IMG/VR virus record: IMGVR_UViG_3300045919_000415
Span: 1 to 61,702 of that record
DNA from: a virus
Taxonomy: Duplodnaviria; Caudoviricetes
Direction: 5' to 3' (one strand)
Length of the DNA: 61,702 bases
The notes under the pieces were generated by a model that searched no databases, was not told where the DNA came from, and saw nothing but the letters and a program-made list of their open reading frames with translations. A program made the translations under genes and the position numbers. Shown here piece by piece: positions 1-9,444 of this stretch. Numbering within the stretch: the first letter of the stretch is position 1; each line of letters opens with the position of its first letter.

Positions 1-234
1 CCACGTAGCCGCCCCGTGGTTAGCGTTGTAATCCGCGTCCGATGGTGTGGCTACCGCAACCGTTTTAACCGTTCCTAGCGCCTCTATTCCAATGCGGTAT
101 TTTCTGTCGGCAAGCCCAATCGACAGGGATTGCGCACGCGTGCTGAGGTCATGCGGGAAGGCTTGCTGATACCACACGCCATCCCCGTGATGCCCGAACT
201 CTGTTACGCCCATGCCGACTTGAATATCCATCAT
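1..234 (-). CDS. Partial (3'-truncated) divergent allele/paralog of the 60936-61526 putative beta-barrel membrane protein
   Basis: Manual translation from ATG 234: MMDIQVGMGVTEFGHHGDGVWYQQAFPHDLSTR...ATPSDADYNANHGAATW. 38 of 70 aligned residues are identical to 60936-61526. Runs off the window edge. Confidence 0.8.
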   Translation of the reverse strand, partial: MMDIQVGMGVTEFGHHGDGVWYQQAFPHDLSTRAQSLSIGLADRKYRIGIEALGTVKTVAVATPSDADYNANHGAATW

Positions 235-410
235 GTGTATGCGAACGTGATTCGCCCCGTTGATCCGTTGCCACCGTTGGCGACGCTGTAAGACGCAGCA
301 CCCCCACCGCCCGGAGCCGAACCGACACCCGAGGCCACGTCACCCCCACCGTTCGGAGCGCCCATGCCGGTTGCGATGCCACTACCAATGGAGTTGTTGC
401 CTGCGGTATT
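229..410. repeat. 182-bp direct repeat, copy 1 (copy 2 at 61521-61702)
   Basis: Identical except A283 vs C61575; covers the 3' end of the Gly-rich gene. Confidence 0.95.
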
Positions 411-818
411 GGTGTCCCCGCCAGAAGCTGCACCACCTGTTGCCGCTGTACCGGCGAGCAACCCTGCACCCCCACCACCAGCAGACAGCGCAGGGGACGT
501 TATCGTCGAAGCCGTACCAGCGAAGCCGTTGCCATCACTCGTGATGCGCCCATTTCCGCCGGGGCCTACCGCGTACGTGAAGGTGCTGCCACCAGACGTT
601 GCTTGTGTCTTGATGACCTGCGCTCCCGATGCACCGCCGGAACCTAGAGTTGAAAGAAGGTCCCGGCTGCCACCACCCCCACCTCCCCACAGCGTAATAA
701 CGACCTGCGAGGCTCCGGCAGGAACGGTTTCGGTGCCGCCCCCTGAGTTGTAGGTGTTGGTGACAGGGATGAAACTGCCGCCCGCGATCCCAACAAAAGC
801 GCACAGAATGCCGCTCAT
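231..818 (-). CDS. Glycine-rich tail fibre-associated protein
   Basis: VPAGASQVVITLWGGGGGG...GGASG...VGPGG...GxGxxGRITFAY pattern of phage Gly-rich domains; directly follows the tail fibre gene. Confidence 0.7.
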   Translation of the reverse strand: MSGILCAFVGIAGGSFIPVTNTYNSGGGTETVPAGASQVVITLWGGGGGGSRDLLSTLGSGGASGAQVIKTQATSGGSTFTYAVGPGGNGRITSDGNGFAGTASTITSPALSAGGGGAGLLAGTAATGGAASGGDTNTAGNNSIGSGIATGMGAPNGGGDVASGVGSAPGGGGAASYSVANGGNGSTGRITFAYT

Positions 819-3202
819 GTCACGTTACCTGACAAGATAAGTTCAGTCGCGCTCAGGAAGTACGCCGTACATTGCCCACGTTGCGCAAGTGTGCGAGTCG
901 TTCCGGTAGTCGCCGTGCCTGCTATACGCGTGGTAGTCGTGTTGCAAGTGAGCGTGATTGCTGCCGCTGAATTGTTGTAGATCGTGAAGCAGTCACCAGC
1001 CGCAAACGTGCTGTTAGGAATGGTGATAGTGGAGGTTGCGACAATCGACTTTCCTACGTCAGTCGTCGCGGCAAGCGTGGAGGTAGACTGCGGAAGGTTC
1101 AGGTACCCAATGGCAAACGATCCGCCTTGCTGGTTCACCAGATGCTTGTTGCCGCCTGTCGAAGGATTGAGCGTGACTTCACCTGCTGCCGCGATGTCAA
1201 TTCGAGCAGTATTGTTTGTGCGGATCGATAGAGGGTGATTCGTTGGAACACTGAACAGTGCGCCGGCCGCTCCATTTGTGTATATCGCGGTCTGGCATGT
1301 TCCATCGCTTGTCGCAATTGCAGTGTTTCCTGCCGTGTTGTTGACAACGAGCGAAGTAGCAGCAGCAGGGGCTCCCAGAGTGAGGGTGCTACCACTACTC
1401 GGCGCATTGATTGTGACTGCACCAACAGGGCTGATGGACAGCCTGACGGCCGCCGCAGTGTTTGTGCAGAGGTCGAGCGAGCCCGACGCTCCGGCTTGCA
1501 GCCGCGCTGTCTCACCGAAGCCAGTCGTGTTGAAAAACATGTACGAGGTTTGGCTTGCTGCAGACTGCGTGCTGAACCCTGCGAAACTTGTCCCTGTATT
1601 TTGGGCGACGACAACTGCGCTAGCTTGATTCCCGGTAAAAGTAGCGATAGCGCCGCTCGCCGTGCTTGCCGTGGTAATGGCTCCGTTGTCAGCGAGGGAG
1701 AACAGCACAACACTGTTTGCATTGTTGACGATCTCGTACCCACCACCGGTATTCACCCGGAACTGCTTGGAAAGACCGTTGGCAGTCATGAACATCGCGG
1801 CGTATGCACCCGCCCCTGCGTTTGTGTTCGTGATCTGCAGTCCGGTGTAGATCGAAGCAACATTCGTAGAAGTAGTAATGCCGCCCGTGCCTGTGCCACC
1901 ATTGACCGTCAGCGGAAAGCCCGTAGCCGGTGCGTTGATCGTGACGTTGCCTCCAGTACCACCACCAAGCGTCACAGCACCTGAAGTGAGTGCTTGAAGA
2001 ACCATACCACCGCTTACGTTGTTGAACACGCGAAACGCGTCGGACGGTCCGTCGTCAATTGTCCACTGCGCCGTCGTGTTTGCAGCGTTGAACAGGTTTA
2101 TCTGCCCTCCCTCAGTCCCTGCTGGGGCGCGCACGTCGACTTGTGAGCCTGTAATCGAAGCACCTCCGCCTGCAACCGTGAGACCGGTACCGCTACTCGG
2201 CGCATTGACTGTGACGTTGCCTGCTGCGGCGACGGCGATGCGAGCCGTGTTGTTTGTAGTGATATTTAACGGGTGGTTAGTTCCGACACCAATAACTACA
2301 CCAGTAGCACCATTCAGGAAACACTGTGTTGATACCGTACCATCTGATGCTGACCACGCATTATGTCCACCCGCTAGAACATTGAGTGTTAGCGTATCGC
2401 CACTACTCGGCGCATTGAGGGTGACGTTGCCTGCTGCCGCGATAGTCAACCGGGTAGTAGCCGTTGTCTGGAAGTTGATCGGGCCATATCCGCCAGTAGC
2501 GAATGATGCTGCAAGGGCCACGCCATTTCCGCCGCTTGTCGGGTCTGGGGTGACCGTCAAAACTGTTCCTGCCGCGGCAGCACCTTGGAAGTAGGTCGTG
2601 CCGATCGCGGTGAGCACTGGACCGCTCGTCGGCGCATTGATGGTCAGCCCACCAGTCGTCAGGAACGACGCCACGTTCACGCCTGCCGTATACACGTCGA
2701 GGTTTCGCTGTACCCCCGTGCCGTTCTTGCCTGTCTCGAGACGCGCCGTAGTCGCGTCAACTCTGAAGCGCAAGAAGTGGGAGTTCGCAGAGTCAGTGCC
2801 GCTGTACGCAATGACGCTCGCGGGGGAAGTCTGCATGAACAGCTCGATCGCGCTGTTCGAGAACTGCGTCGACTGCAAACCGTTCAGGCCAATCGAAATC
2901 TTGTTGGTGCCACTTAGGTACATACCGTTCGTTGGAACAGTAGCCCCTGTCGGGATGAAGGCTGCGGCCGAGGCGTTCCCGGTGAACGTGACGTTGCCGC
3001 TGATGTCAACGCTCAAGGTTGACACAACCGCTAACCCAGTACCTCCGGAGTTGACGGCGACGAAGCGTCCGCCATTGCCGGTCAAGCCCGGCAGTTTGTC
3101 GAACCCTGTCTGGATGGCATCGAGCTCAGAGCGCAGGGACGAGGACGAGCCAAAACTCCCAGTGGCCGGGTAGCCGGAGTGCGTGTAGAAGTCGTTGGCC
3201 AT
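815..3202 (-). CDS. Tail fibre protein
   Basis: 795 aa, G/T/A/N-rich, repeated RxxIxAAGNVTxNAPSSG modules; N-terminal anchor ELDAIQTGFDKL; downstream of tail genes. Confidence 0.8.
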   Translation of the reverse strand: MANDFYTHSGYPATGSFGSSSSLRSELDAIQTGFDKLPGLTGNGGRFVAVNSGGTGLAVVSTLSVDISGNVTFTGNASAAAFIPTGATVPTNGMYLSGTNKISIGLNGLQSTQFSNSAIELFMQTSPASVIAYSGTDSANSHFLRFRVDATTARLETGKNGTGVQRNLDVYTAGVNVASFLTTGGLTINAPTSGPVLTAIGTTYFQGAAAAGTVLTVTPDPTSGGNGVALAASFATGGYGPINFQTTATTRLTIAAAGNVTLNAPSSGDTLTLNVLAGGHNAWSASDGTVSTQCFLNGATGVVIGVGTNHPLNITTNNTARIAVAAAGNVTVNAPSSGTGLTVAGGGASITGSQVDVRAPAGTEGGQINLFNAANTTAQWTIDDGPSDAFRVFNNVSGGMVLQALTSGAVTLGGGTGGNVTINAPATGFPLTVNGGTGTGGITTSTNVASIYTGLQITNTNAGAGAYAAMFMTANGLSKQFRVNTGGGYEIVNNANSVVLFSLADNGAITTASTASGAIATFTGNQASAVVVAQNTGTSFAGFSTQSAASQTSYMFFNTTGFGETARLQAGASGSLDLCTNTAAAVRLSISPVGAVTINAPSSGSTLTLGAPAAATSLVVNNTAGNTAIATSDGTCQTAIYTNGAAGALFSVPTNHPLSIRTNNTARIDIAAAGEVTLNPSTGGNKHLVNQQGGSFAIGYLNLPQSTSTLAATTDVGKSIVATSTITIPNSTFAAGDCFTIYNNSAAAITLTCNTTTTRIAGTATTGTTRTLAQRGQCTAYFLSATELILSGNVT

Positions 3203-5274
3203 TACCTTAATCCTCGGCGCGGTGAGTAGTGCATCGTGATGGAGTTGATGGTGTAGGGCCCAACATAAGTGTTCGACGACGAGAATCGCAACGCGATGTT
3301 CTCGGCCGATCCCTGCACCTCAAGTTCTGTCGGCTGCAGCGTGGTGCCATCCCACACGAAGTTGTCCCACGTGAAGCTGTCCCAGTACACGCTCGAGAGC
3401 GAGGACACGTAATTCTGCAAGGGCTGCGTCTCGTGCACTGACGAGGCGTACGCCAAGTCATAGGTGAACTGAAATCCGGCGTAAGACGTACCTTGTATTT
3501 CCACGCTCGCCTTGCGCCAGCGCTTGAGCTGCCGCGCATCGCCTTTGGCATTGAATGTAAAGGTCAGGTTGGAGGAGAGCGCTGCACCGTCAAAAGAGGT
3601 GCCGGCGTCAAGCTGATACACCATGCCGTTGGTGCTGCCGAAGTACGCTTTCTCCACGCCTGTCGAGTTCAAGCCTTCAGTGACGCAGGCCACGGCGTTC
3701 GGGAACAGCACCGGCATGGATCCGAGGTATTCCCCGTTATTGATCGTCACGTACAACCCATAGCCGTCGCTGAAGAATATGCGGTACTGGGACTTCTCGC
3801 GATTGATCGAGCTGTCGACGGCCAGTGTGCGACGGTTCTGGAAGAAAGGGCGAAGGTTCAGTGTGAGCTGTGCGCTATCGAAGTTGCCGTAGTTGAGCGA
3901 CGCCTTGAGCGAGCTCACTCCACGCACGTCGCCGAAGTACGTGTCTGACATGGTCGCGGTGGTGCGAAAGTACGCCCCCGTTCCGGTGTTGTAGGGCACA
4001 AGGTTCCATGTGGTCGACGAGGTGCCGTAGAGAATGAAAACATTGTTCTGGCACATGATGACCAACGCGCCAGTCTGCTGGTTACCCGGCAGCTCGACGA
4101 TGTCGACAACGTCTTCCGGCAGTCCGCCGATTTCTCCCGCGCCCGTGATGACTTGCCACTGGTACGGCGCACCGATCGAGCTGAACTGCAGCGACTGCTT
4201 GAACGACATGAACAGGTAGTTCTTGTGCGGAGCGATCGTGCGTGGGGTGTCCGGAGAGTTGCCGGTCTTGATCGGCACGTAGGTCGTGCCATCAAATTCG
4301 AATCCACGGTTGACACCGTCAGCGCCATACGCTTTCGTCGCCTGACTGCCGCCCAGTGCCGTGGCTGTACCGCTGACCGTGCCGCGGGTGATGTAGTACG
4401 TTCCGCTAGGGAGTGGCGCAATTTGAACTTGTGCGCCAGTGTTTGTGGCGCAATTCGTCGCGCCAACCTTGATCGTTTCGCCAGCGCTGAAGGTGCCGGT
4501 AGTGGAAGACAGGATCAGTCGACCTGCGGCAGTGGTGCCCCACACGCCTGACTCCAACACCGCGCGCGCCACGACTCCAGTCGCACCCGATGTCCCGCCC
4601 GTCACTGTGACGCCGTCATTGATCTGCACCAGACCAGCGGTGAAGGCGAGCTCCTTGCCGTAGGTGACCTGAACCCAACCCGAGGTCGAGCTCTTGTACA
4701 AATTGCACACGGTCGATCCGACGTTGTCACGGAACGCGTAGATAGTGTCGTTCAAGTTCACGATGCCGCGAATCGGCCCAGAGCCCGGTACAGCCGCGAT
4801 CAAGGCACGGTAGATATCTGCGCTCGCCGCGACATAGATCGCTTGTTGTAGCGACGTCGTGACCCCGCCCAAAGCATTGATGACGGCCAGCACCGTGACG
4901 CCGCTGCGCAAATTCTCGCCGACAACGAACGTGCCGGTCAGCTTGGTATAGGCAACAATGTTGGGGATGACTGAAGTGTCGACGTAGGACACGGTCGCAG
5001 TGGCGCCGGACGTCTGCCCATTGACGACCAGACCGACAGTGATGCCAGTGGAGGTCGAGGGGGTCAGCGTGTAGGTGACGCTGTCGGAAGGGGCCGCACG
5101 GCCATCGAAGCGCTCGTAGCCGGCGATGCGCGTGTAGCCGCCAGTGATCGAGACTTCGTAATTGAGGGAGTCCCGCAGCACCCCGGGCGGCAGCTTCAGC
5201 AGCGGGGTGACGAGATCAAGACCGCCTTTGCAGTCGATGACCTCGTGACGTACCGGCGAATAGTCGCCGGCCAT
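3202..5274 (-). CDS. Tail tubular/nozzle (DNA stabilization) protein
   Basis: 690 aa beta-rich; GGLDL start and C-terminal INSITMHY motif; position after adaptor gene. Confidence 0.65.
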   Translation of the reverse strand: MAGDYSPVRHEVIDCKGGLDLVTPLLKLPPGVLRDSLNYEVSITGGYTRIAGYERFDGRAAPSDSVTYTLTPSTSTGITVGLVVNGQTSGATATVSYVDTSVIPNIVAYTKLTGTFVVGENLRSGVTVLAVINALGGVTTSLQQAIYVAASADIYRALIAAVPGSGPIRGIVNLNDTIYAFRDNVGSTVCNLYKSSTSGWVQVTYGKELAFTAGLVQINDGVTVTGGTSGATGVVARAVLESGVWGTTAAGRLILSSTTGTFSAGETIKVGATNCATNTGAQVQIAPLPSGTYYITRGTVSGTATALGGSQATKAYGADGVNRGFEFDGTTYVPIKTGNSPDTPRTIAPHKNYLFMSFKQSLQFSSIGAPYQWQVITGAGEIGGLPEDVVDIVELPGNQQTGALVIMCQNNVFILYGTSSTTWNLVPYNTGTGAYFRTTATMSDTYFGDVRGVSSLKASLNYGNFDSAQLTLNLRPFFQNRRTLAVDSSINREKSQYRIFFSDGYGLYVTINNGEYLGSMPVLFPNAVACVTEGLNSTGVEKAYFGSTNGMVYQLDAGTSFDGAALSSNLTFTFNAKGDARQLKRWRKASVEIQGTSYAGFQFTYDLAYASSVHETQPLQNYVSSLSSVYWDSFTWDNFVWDGTTLQPTELEVQGSAENIALRFSSSNTYVGPYTINSITMHYSPRRGLR

Positions 5275-5960
5275 TATGCGAGTGGCGGACCAGACACCAG
5301 AACGGGTGTTTGTTCGCGCAAGAGTTCGGCCCAGAGTTTGTTGCGGCCCTTTTGGGCGCGCGCTTCAACTTCGGGCGCAGATTCGAAAGCCGCGTACTGC
5401 AACATCGCGTCATACACGATGAGCATGTGAAAGCGGTTTGGAATTGCCGGGGCGTCCGTGTCCGCGCTCAACGTGATCGGCTGCGCGAAATACTCGCCAG
5501 TGATCACGTAAGGCACGTCCGGGATGGCTCCGAGCGCGAGATGCTTGGCGGGTGTGACAGACAACACCACCGGCCGCATGTAGTTCGTTCGCATCGGCCC
5601 GAAAAGATACAGGTCGCGGTAACGATCCCACGGTTGGAAATTCATGATCTGCTCGTCAAACAAGGATGAGCCGACCGTAGAGCAACGGAAACTGTCTACC
5701 TTGAAATTGGCGAAGTCGGCCAGTGACATTGGCGACACCGTCGGGTCGTAATCCCCGGTCAAGGCGGTGCACGTGAATTGAAGATTCTTGCGCAGGAAGA
5801 TCCAGTCTTCTCTTGCAGCTTGAATCTCAATCCACGCTTGCTGCACCCAGTTGTAGAACCGCTTTGATTCGAGCGTGGTGAGTCCAGTGAGGGTCGTGAG
5901 ATCACCGCCGGACACACCGCTCTCAGATCGAGCGCGGTTCACAAGCTGGAGGAAATTCAT
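5274..5960 (-). CDS. Head-tail adaptor / tail tubular protein A
   Basis: MNFLQLVNRAR...W.FL...P.IP.RFH.LIVY motif set typical of podovirus adaptors. Confidence 0.7.
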   Translation of the reverse strand: MNFLQLVNRARSESGVSGGDLTTLTGLTTLESKRFYNWVQQAWIEIQAAREDWIFLRKNLQFTCTALTGDYDPTVSPMSLADFANFKVDSFRCSTVGSSLFDEQIMNFQPWDRYRDLYLFGPMRTNYMRPVVLSVTPAKHLALGAIPDVPYVITGEYFAQPITLSADTDAPAIPNRFHMLIVYDAMLQYAAFESAPEVEARAQKGRNKLWAELLREQTPVLVSGPPLA

Positions 5961-6382
5961 TACGCGGGTTCAGCGAGGATGTGTGAAACCCACTCACGGC
6001 CCTTGGGGTTTTTGTCTTCGAGCACTTCGAACGGATACACGAGACCGGAGCGCGGAACCATTTCCATGCGGTCAGGTTCTGACGGATTCAACATGCGCTG
6101 GGTGTACTTCGTTTCCTTCATGCGCGCGAGGATCTCGATGAACTTGCGCTTGATGGTCACGGTCGTACCGCGGGCGACAGGCTGGTTCACACCGTTGCAA
6201 TTGAGCACAGCGACTTGTTGCAGGTTTTCGTCCGAAGTTTCATGCAGGCGGATGGTGACCGGCTCATTCATGAAGGCTTCAGAGGACACGAGGGCGCGAA
6301 GGTCCACGTTGGCGACAACAGGTTCGACGAGGGGTACGCCTTCGTCGGCAATCTGGACTGCGGGTTCATTGATCTTGGCCAC
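5960..6382 (-). CDS. Hypothetical virion-associated protein
   Basis: GTG 6382 with GGAG RBS; within structural operon. Confidence 0.55.
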   Translation of the reverse strand: MAKINEPAVQIADEGVPLVEPVVANVDLRALVSSEAFMNEPVTIRLHETSDENLQQVAVLNCNGVNQPVARGTTVTIKRKFIEILARMKETKYTQRMLNPSEPDRMEMVPRSGLVYPFEVLEDKNPKGREWVSHILAEPA

Positions 6383-6400
6383 GTACTGTCTCCGATATGA

Positions 6401-6440
6401 AAAGAAAAGGGCGGCCCCCGGGATCTCCCAGTAGCCGCCC
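6401..6440 (-). terminator. Rho-independent terminator after capsid/decoration genes
   Basis: GGGCGGC...GCCGCCC stem followed by TTTTCTTT on the minus strand. Confidence 0.7.
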
Positions 6441-6453
6441 ATACACAACAAAC

Positions 6454-6894
6454 TTACTGTGCAGTGCCCGGGAGCAGGCTGCAGTCGCGATACACCACGG
6501 TGACGCCGGCCGCGCTCAAGGCGGTCGTGCCCGGAACGAAGGTGGCGGAAGAGCTCGTCGAGATGATGATCAGGCCGATGAGGGCCACACCACCGCGAGT
6601 CGCGGGAACCGGAGCGTTGTCAGACGCGGCCACGACAGCACCGTTCGTCACGGTCAGTGCACCCGCGGTATCAACCCACACCGCCAGCGCGATCTTCTGC
6701 AGGTTGCCCAGCGACGGAATGCCGAAGCCGGTCAGGGGGTTGTTGTCAACAGCGGTACGCGACTTGAAGGCGCCATCGATCGTGTACGTCACGGTCGATG
6801 CGGTCTTGTAGGCCGTGGTCGTGGTGCCAATGGCGAGGCCACCGGCGGAGAAGGTGAAGTTGCCACCGTTTGCTTCTTCGAGGTTCTGTGCCAT
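6454..6894 (-). CDS. Putative head decoration protein
   Basis: 146 aa, A/T/G-rich, downstream of the capsid gene. Confidence 0.5.
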   Translation of the reverse strand: MAQNLEEANGGNFTFSAGGLAIGTTTTAYKTASTVTYTIDGAFKSRTAVDNNPLTGFGIPSLGNLQKIALAVWVDTAGALTVTNGAVVAASDNAPVPATRGGVALIGLIIISTSSSATFVPGTTALSAAGVTVVYRDCSLLPGTAQ

Positions 6895-6908
6895 GTTCGT
6901 GGCTCCTA

Positions 6909-7118
6909 TTAAGGTTGGGTGTTCAGCGTGGCCAGCGTGGTGGTCGGCGCAGCGGTGTTGGCACCGCCGGCAGTTACGCCACTGTGGACATGCGTGTTCA
7001 ATTGCGTTTGAAGCGCGGCCAGATCGATGCGCAGGGACTCAATCATCTGGTAGAGATGATATTGTTTCTGTCCCGGCTCAATCGAGCTGTTGATCCGCTG
7101 CTTGACTGATTCAGCCAT
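6909..7118 (-). CDS. Small virion protein
   Basis: 69 aa with GGAG RBS, NTHVHSGV motif, follows capsid gene. Confidence 0.55.
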   Translation of the reverse strand: MAESVKQRINSSIEPGQKQYHLYQMIESLRIDLAALQTQLNTHVHSGVTAGGANTAAPTTTLATLNTQP

Positions 7119-7167
7119 TTGATTCTCCGGTGAATTGAGGCCGGTGAGACTACCCGGCCTCAGTCAA

Positions 7168-8226
7168 TTACAGGGCGGTGACGGCAGCTTCGATGCGAGC
7201 CATCCACGCTTCGTTCAGGCGCACCGAGGCGAACCAGCACGAAGCACCCACGTAGCCGAACTGGCCCAGCGGGTTGGCGTGGTTGGTCTGCTTCGCGGGA
7301 AGCACAACCGGCTTGACAGCGCTCATGCCTTTCAGTGCGACTTGGCCCCATGCATCTTCACCGATGACTACGAACGGGTACACGTCCACGTTCGCGCCAC
7401 CAACGCTCAGCGAACCATTCAGCGTGGCGGAGCCAGCTGCAAGGAACGGAGCGAAGAGCGGTGAGCTGATGAAGCGGAAGTCTTCCACGGCGCCGAATTC
7501 GCGGTCATGGATGGGCTTGAACGAACCGTACTCTTCCACCTTGGTGAAGCCCGGCAGGTTGCGGCAGTCGGCCACGGCGTCCGTGTGAACGAACACGATG
7601 AAGGCGGGCTGGATCGCACGGGTGCCGAAATTCACGCCCGGGGCGAGACGTGAGGTCACGCGGCGTGCACGGTTGGCCTCGAGGGTACGCGCCGCTTTAC
7701 GCAGCGTATTCAACGAGATCACCGTATTGACGGTGGCACGGGACGAACCGTTGGTATACAGGACGGTCGAGCCGGCCTTGAGTACGCCATAACGGATCAG
7801 TTCCATCACTTCGGCCATCGTTTCGCCGGTCAGCTTTTGCATTTCACCCGGGATGTCATCTTCGTACAGCGACTCAACCTTCGAGCTGAACTTGAAGAGC
7901 AAACCGAATTGTTGCAGCGTGACGGTCACGTCTTGGAACGAAATCGTGTTGGCGGTCGGCGTGGCGCCTTCAGCGAGCACGAAGTTGTTCGCCACGATGC
8001 TGGGCGTGCCAACATAGCGCGACGTACCTTCAATCGTGGTACCGGCTGTCGAAGCACCAAACGGCAGGGTGCGGCGGAAGACCAGTGTGTCCGTCGAGTT
8101 GGTCGGCATTTCCTTCTGGGTACCGAAGTCACCCAGAACGGTGATGGGCTGCGCATGATCAAGCATGCCTTGTGCAGCGCGGATCAGGTTCCGCGATGCT
8201 TGGGTCGTATAACCTTGAAAGGCCAT
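7168..8226 (-). CDS. Major capsid protein, N4-gp56 family
   Basis: FGTQKEMPTNSTDTLVFRR, LAEGATP, EFGAVEDFRF, NPLGQFGYVG motifs. Confidence 0.88.
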   Translation of the reverse strand: MAFQGYTTQASRNLIRAAQGMLDHAQPITVLGDFGTQKEMPTNSTDTLVFRRTLPFGASTAGTTIEGTSRYVGTPSIVANNFVLAEGATPTANTISFQDVTVTLQQFGLLFKFSSKVESLYEDDIPGEMQKLTGETMAEVMELIRYGVLKAGSTVLYTNGSSRATVNTVISLNTLRKAARTLEANRARRVTSRLAPGVNFGTRAIQPAFIVFVHTDAVADCRNLPGFTKVEEYGSFKPIHDREFGAVEDFRFISSPLFAPFLAAGSATLNGSLSVGGANVDVYPFVVIGEDAWGQVALKGMSAVKPVVLPAKQTNHANPLGQFGYVGASCWFASVRLNEAWMARIEAAVTAL

Positions 8227-8243
8227 TTGAAACTCCTATTGGG

Positions 8244-9110
8244 TTAGTAGCCCCGTTGCTGCTTCAACTTTGCAGTTCGCGCAGCTTCGAGGTTCCAGAT
8301 TTCTTCAGGGGTGAGCTCTTCCTCCCCGCGAGGGGCAGGAGAGTTCGGGCGTCGTGGTGCAGCAGCAGCGGCCAGTCTTGAGTTGCGCTCCTGCTTGATC
8401 TGGGTGACAGGCTTTGCTTGCGCGGACTTGAATCCGTCAAGCAATTTGATTGCGTCCAGTGAGTCTTCGCTGGATGCCAACGCCTTCGTCCCTTCGTCTT
8501 GCACTGACATCCATGCAAGGAATTCCGGGGTGTTGACAGTTTGTTTCCAGCCAGCGTGCCTGTTTTCAACCAATACTTCCGAGACTTTGCGCATGAGTCC
8601 TGCCTCACCGCTGGCCAAGCGGGCTGCAACGAGTTCGTCGATCTTTGAAGGATCAACCTCGCCAGCGCGCACACCTTGCAGTCGTGCATCGACAAATGCT
8701 TCCATCGCTCGGCCCCACTCAGGGAAGTCCGATTTCAGCTGTGCCCATTCCTCCGGGTCGGCTGCGGCTCGCGAGATGTCCGTCTGTGTCGGAGCAACCG
8801 AAGCCGTAGCTTGGGCTTTCTTCGACTCAGTCAATTCTCGTTGGAATGCCGCAACCCGCCCTTCGGCGGATTTGAGCTGGTGCAACATTTGAGAGTTTGC
8901 ATTCGCGAGCTGGTCAATCTGTTCCAGCTTGGCGCGAACTGCGGGAGACACACCCGCGTACGGATCTTCTGCTTGCGCAGGGACCGCTTCTGGTTTTTCT
9001 TCAGGGGCTGTTTCCAGCGCCTTCTCTTCCACCACCGGCTCGCCGCTTTCGCGACTTGCCACTTCTTGGTCCCACAGTGCTTGCAGATCGTTCTCGTTTG
9101 TGTCAGCCAC
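8244..9110 (-). CDS. Capsid scaffolding protein
   Basis: Acidic, coiled-coil, H.GW...VNTPEF..W motif; immediately upstream of the capsid gene. Confidence 0.7.
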   Translation of the reverse strand: MADTNENDLQALWDQEVASRESGEPVVEEKALETAPEEKPEAVPAQAEDPYAGVSPAVRAKLEQIDQLANANSQMLHQLKSAEGRVAAFQRELTESKKAQATASVAPTQTDISRAAADPEEWAQLKSDFPEWGRAMEAFVDARLQGVRAGEVDPSKIDELVAARLASGEAGLMRKVSEVLVENRHAGWKQTVNTPEFLAWMSVQDEGTKALASSEDSLDAIKLLDGFKSAQAKPVTQIKQERNSRLAAAAAPRRPNSPAPRGEEELTPEEIWNLEAARTAKLKQQRGY

Positions 9111-9126
9111 GTACTACCCCTCAAAA

Positions 9127-9153
9127 AGAAAAAGCCGCTCGAAAGCGGCTTTC
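9127..9153 (-). terminator. Hairpin / likely terminator
   Basis: AAAGCCGC-TCGAAA-GCGGCTTT stem with U-tract on the minus strand. Confidence 0.55.
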
Positions 9154-9176
9154 AATTGCGGCAAAGCGGATCAATC

Positions 9177-9389
9177 TCAAATATCGATCGGCTTTACCCC
9201 CTCGGCTCGAGCTGCCGTGTTTGGCAGGTCAAGGAATCTTTTCAGCCACTTGATCTCGCCTCGCAGCAGAATCGTCTGTTCGAGCGTGAGCTCAACAGCG
9301 TCGTTCGCTTTGCGTTTCTTGGCGAGTTCGTCTTCAGCCCACTTGCGCAAGGCGTGCCAGGCATCGGACTGGAAAATGACTAGGTTCAT
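9177..9389 (-). CDS. Small phage protein (portal/scaffold neighbourhood)
   Basis: 70 aa, W..LRKWA...LRGEIK.L..FLDLP pattern. Confidence 0.6.
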   Translation of the reverse strand: MNLVIFQSDAWHALRKWAEDELAKKRKANDAVELTLEQTILLRGEIKWLKRFLDLPNTAARAEGVKPIDI

Positions 9390-9444
9390 ATTTTGGGCGC
9401 AATGATCCGAGGAGGAGTGTAGTAGGGATTATCGGGATACGCAA

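Noticed and set aside
229-410. Diversity-generating retroelement TR/VR pair
   Set aside because: Only one mismatch, no reverse transcriptase, and the repeat ends at the contig end; better explained as circular overlap
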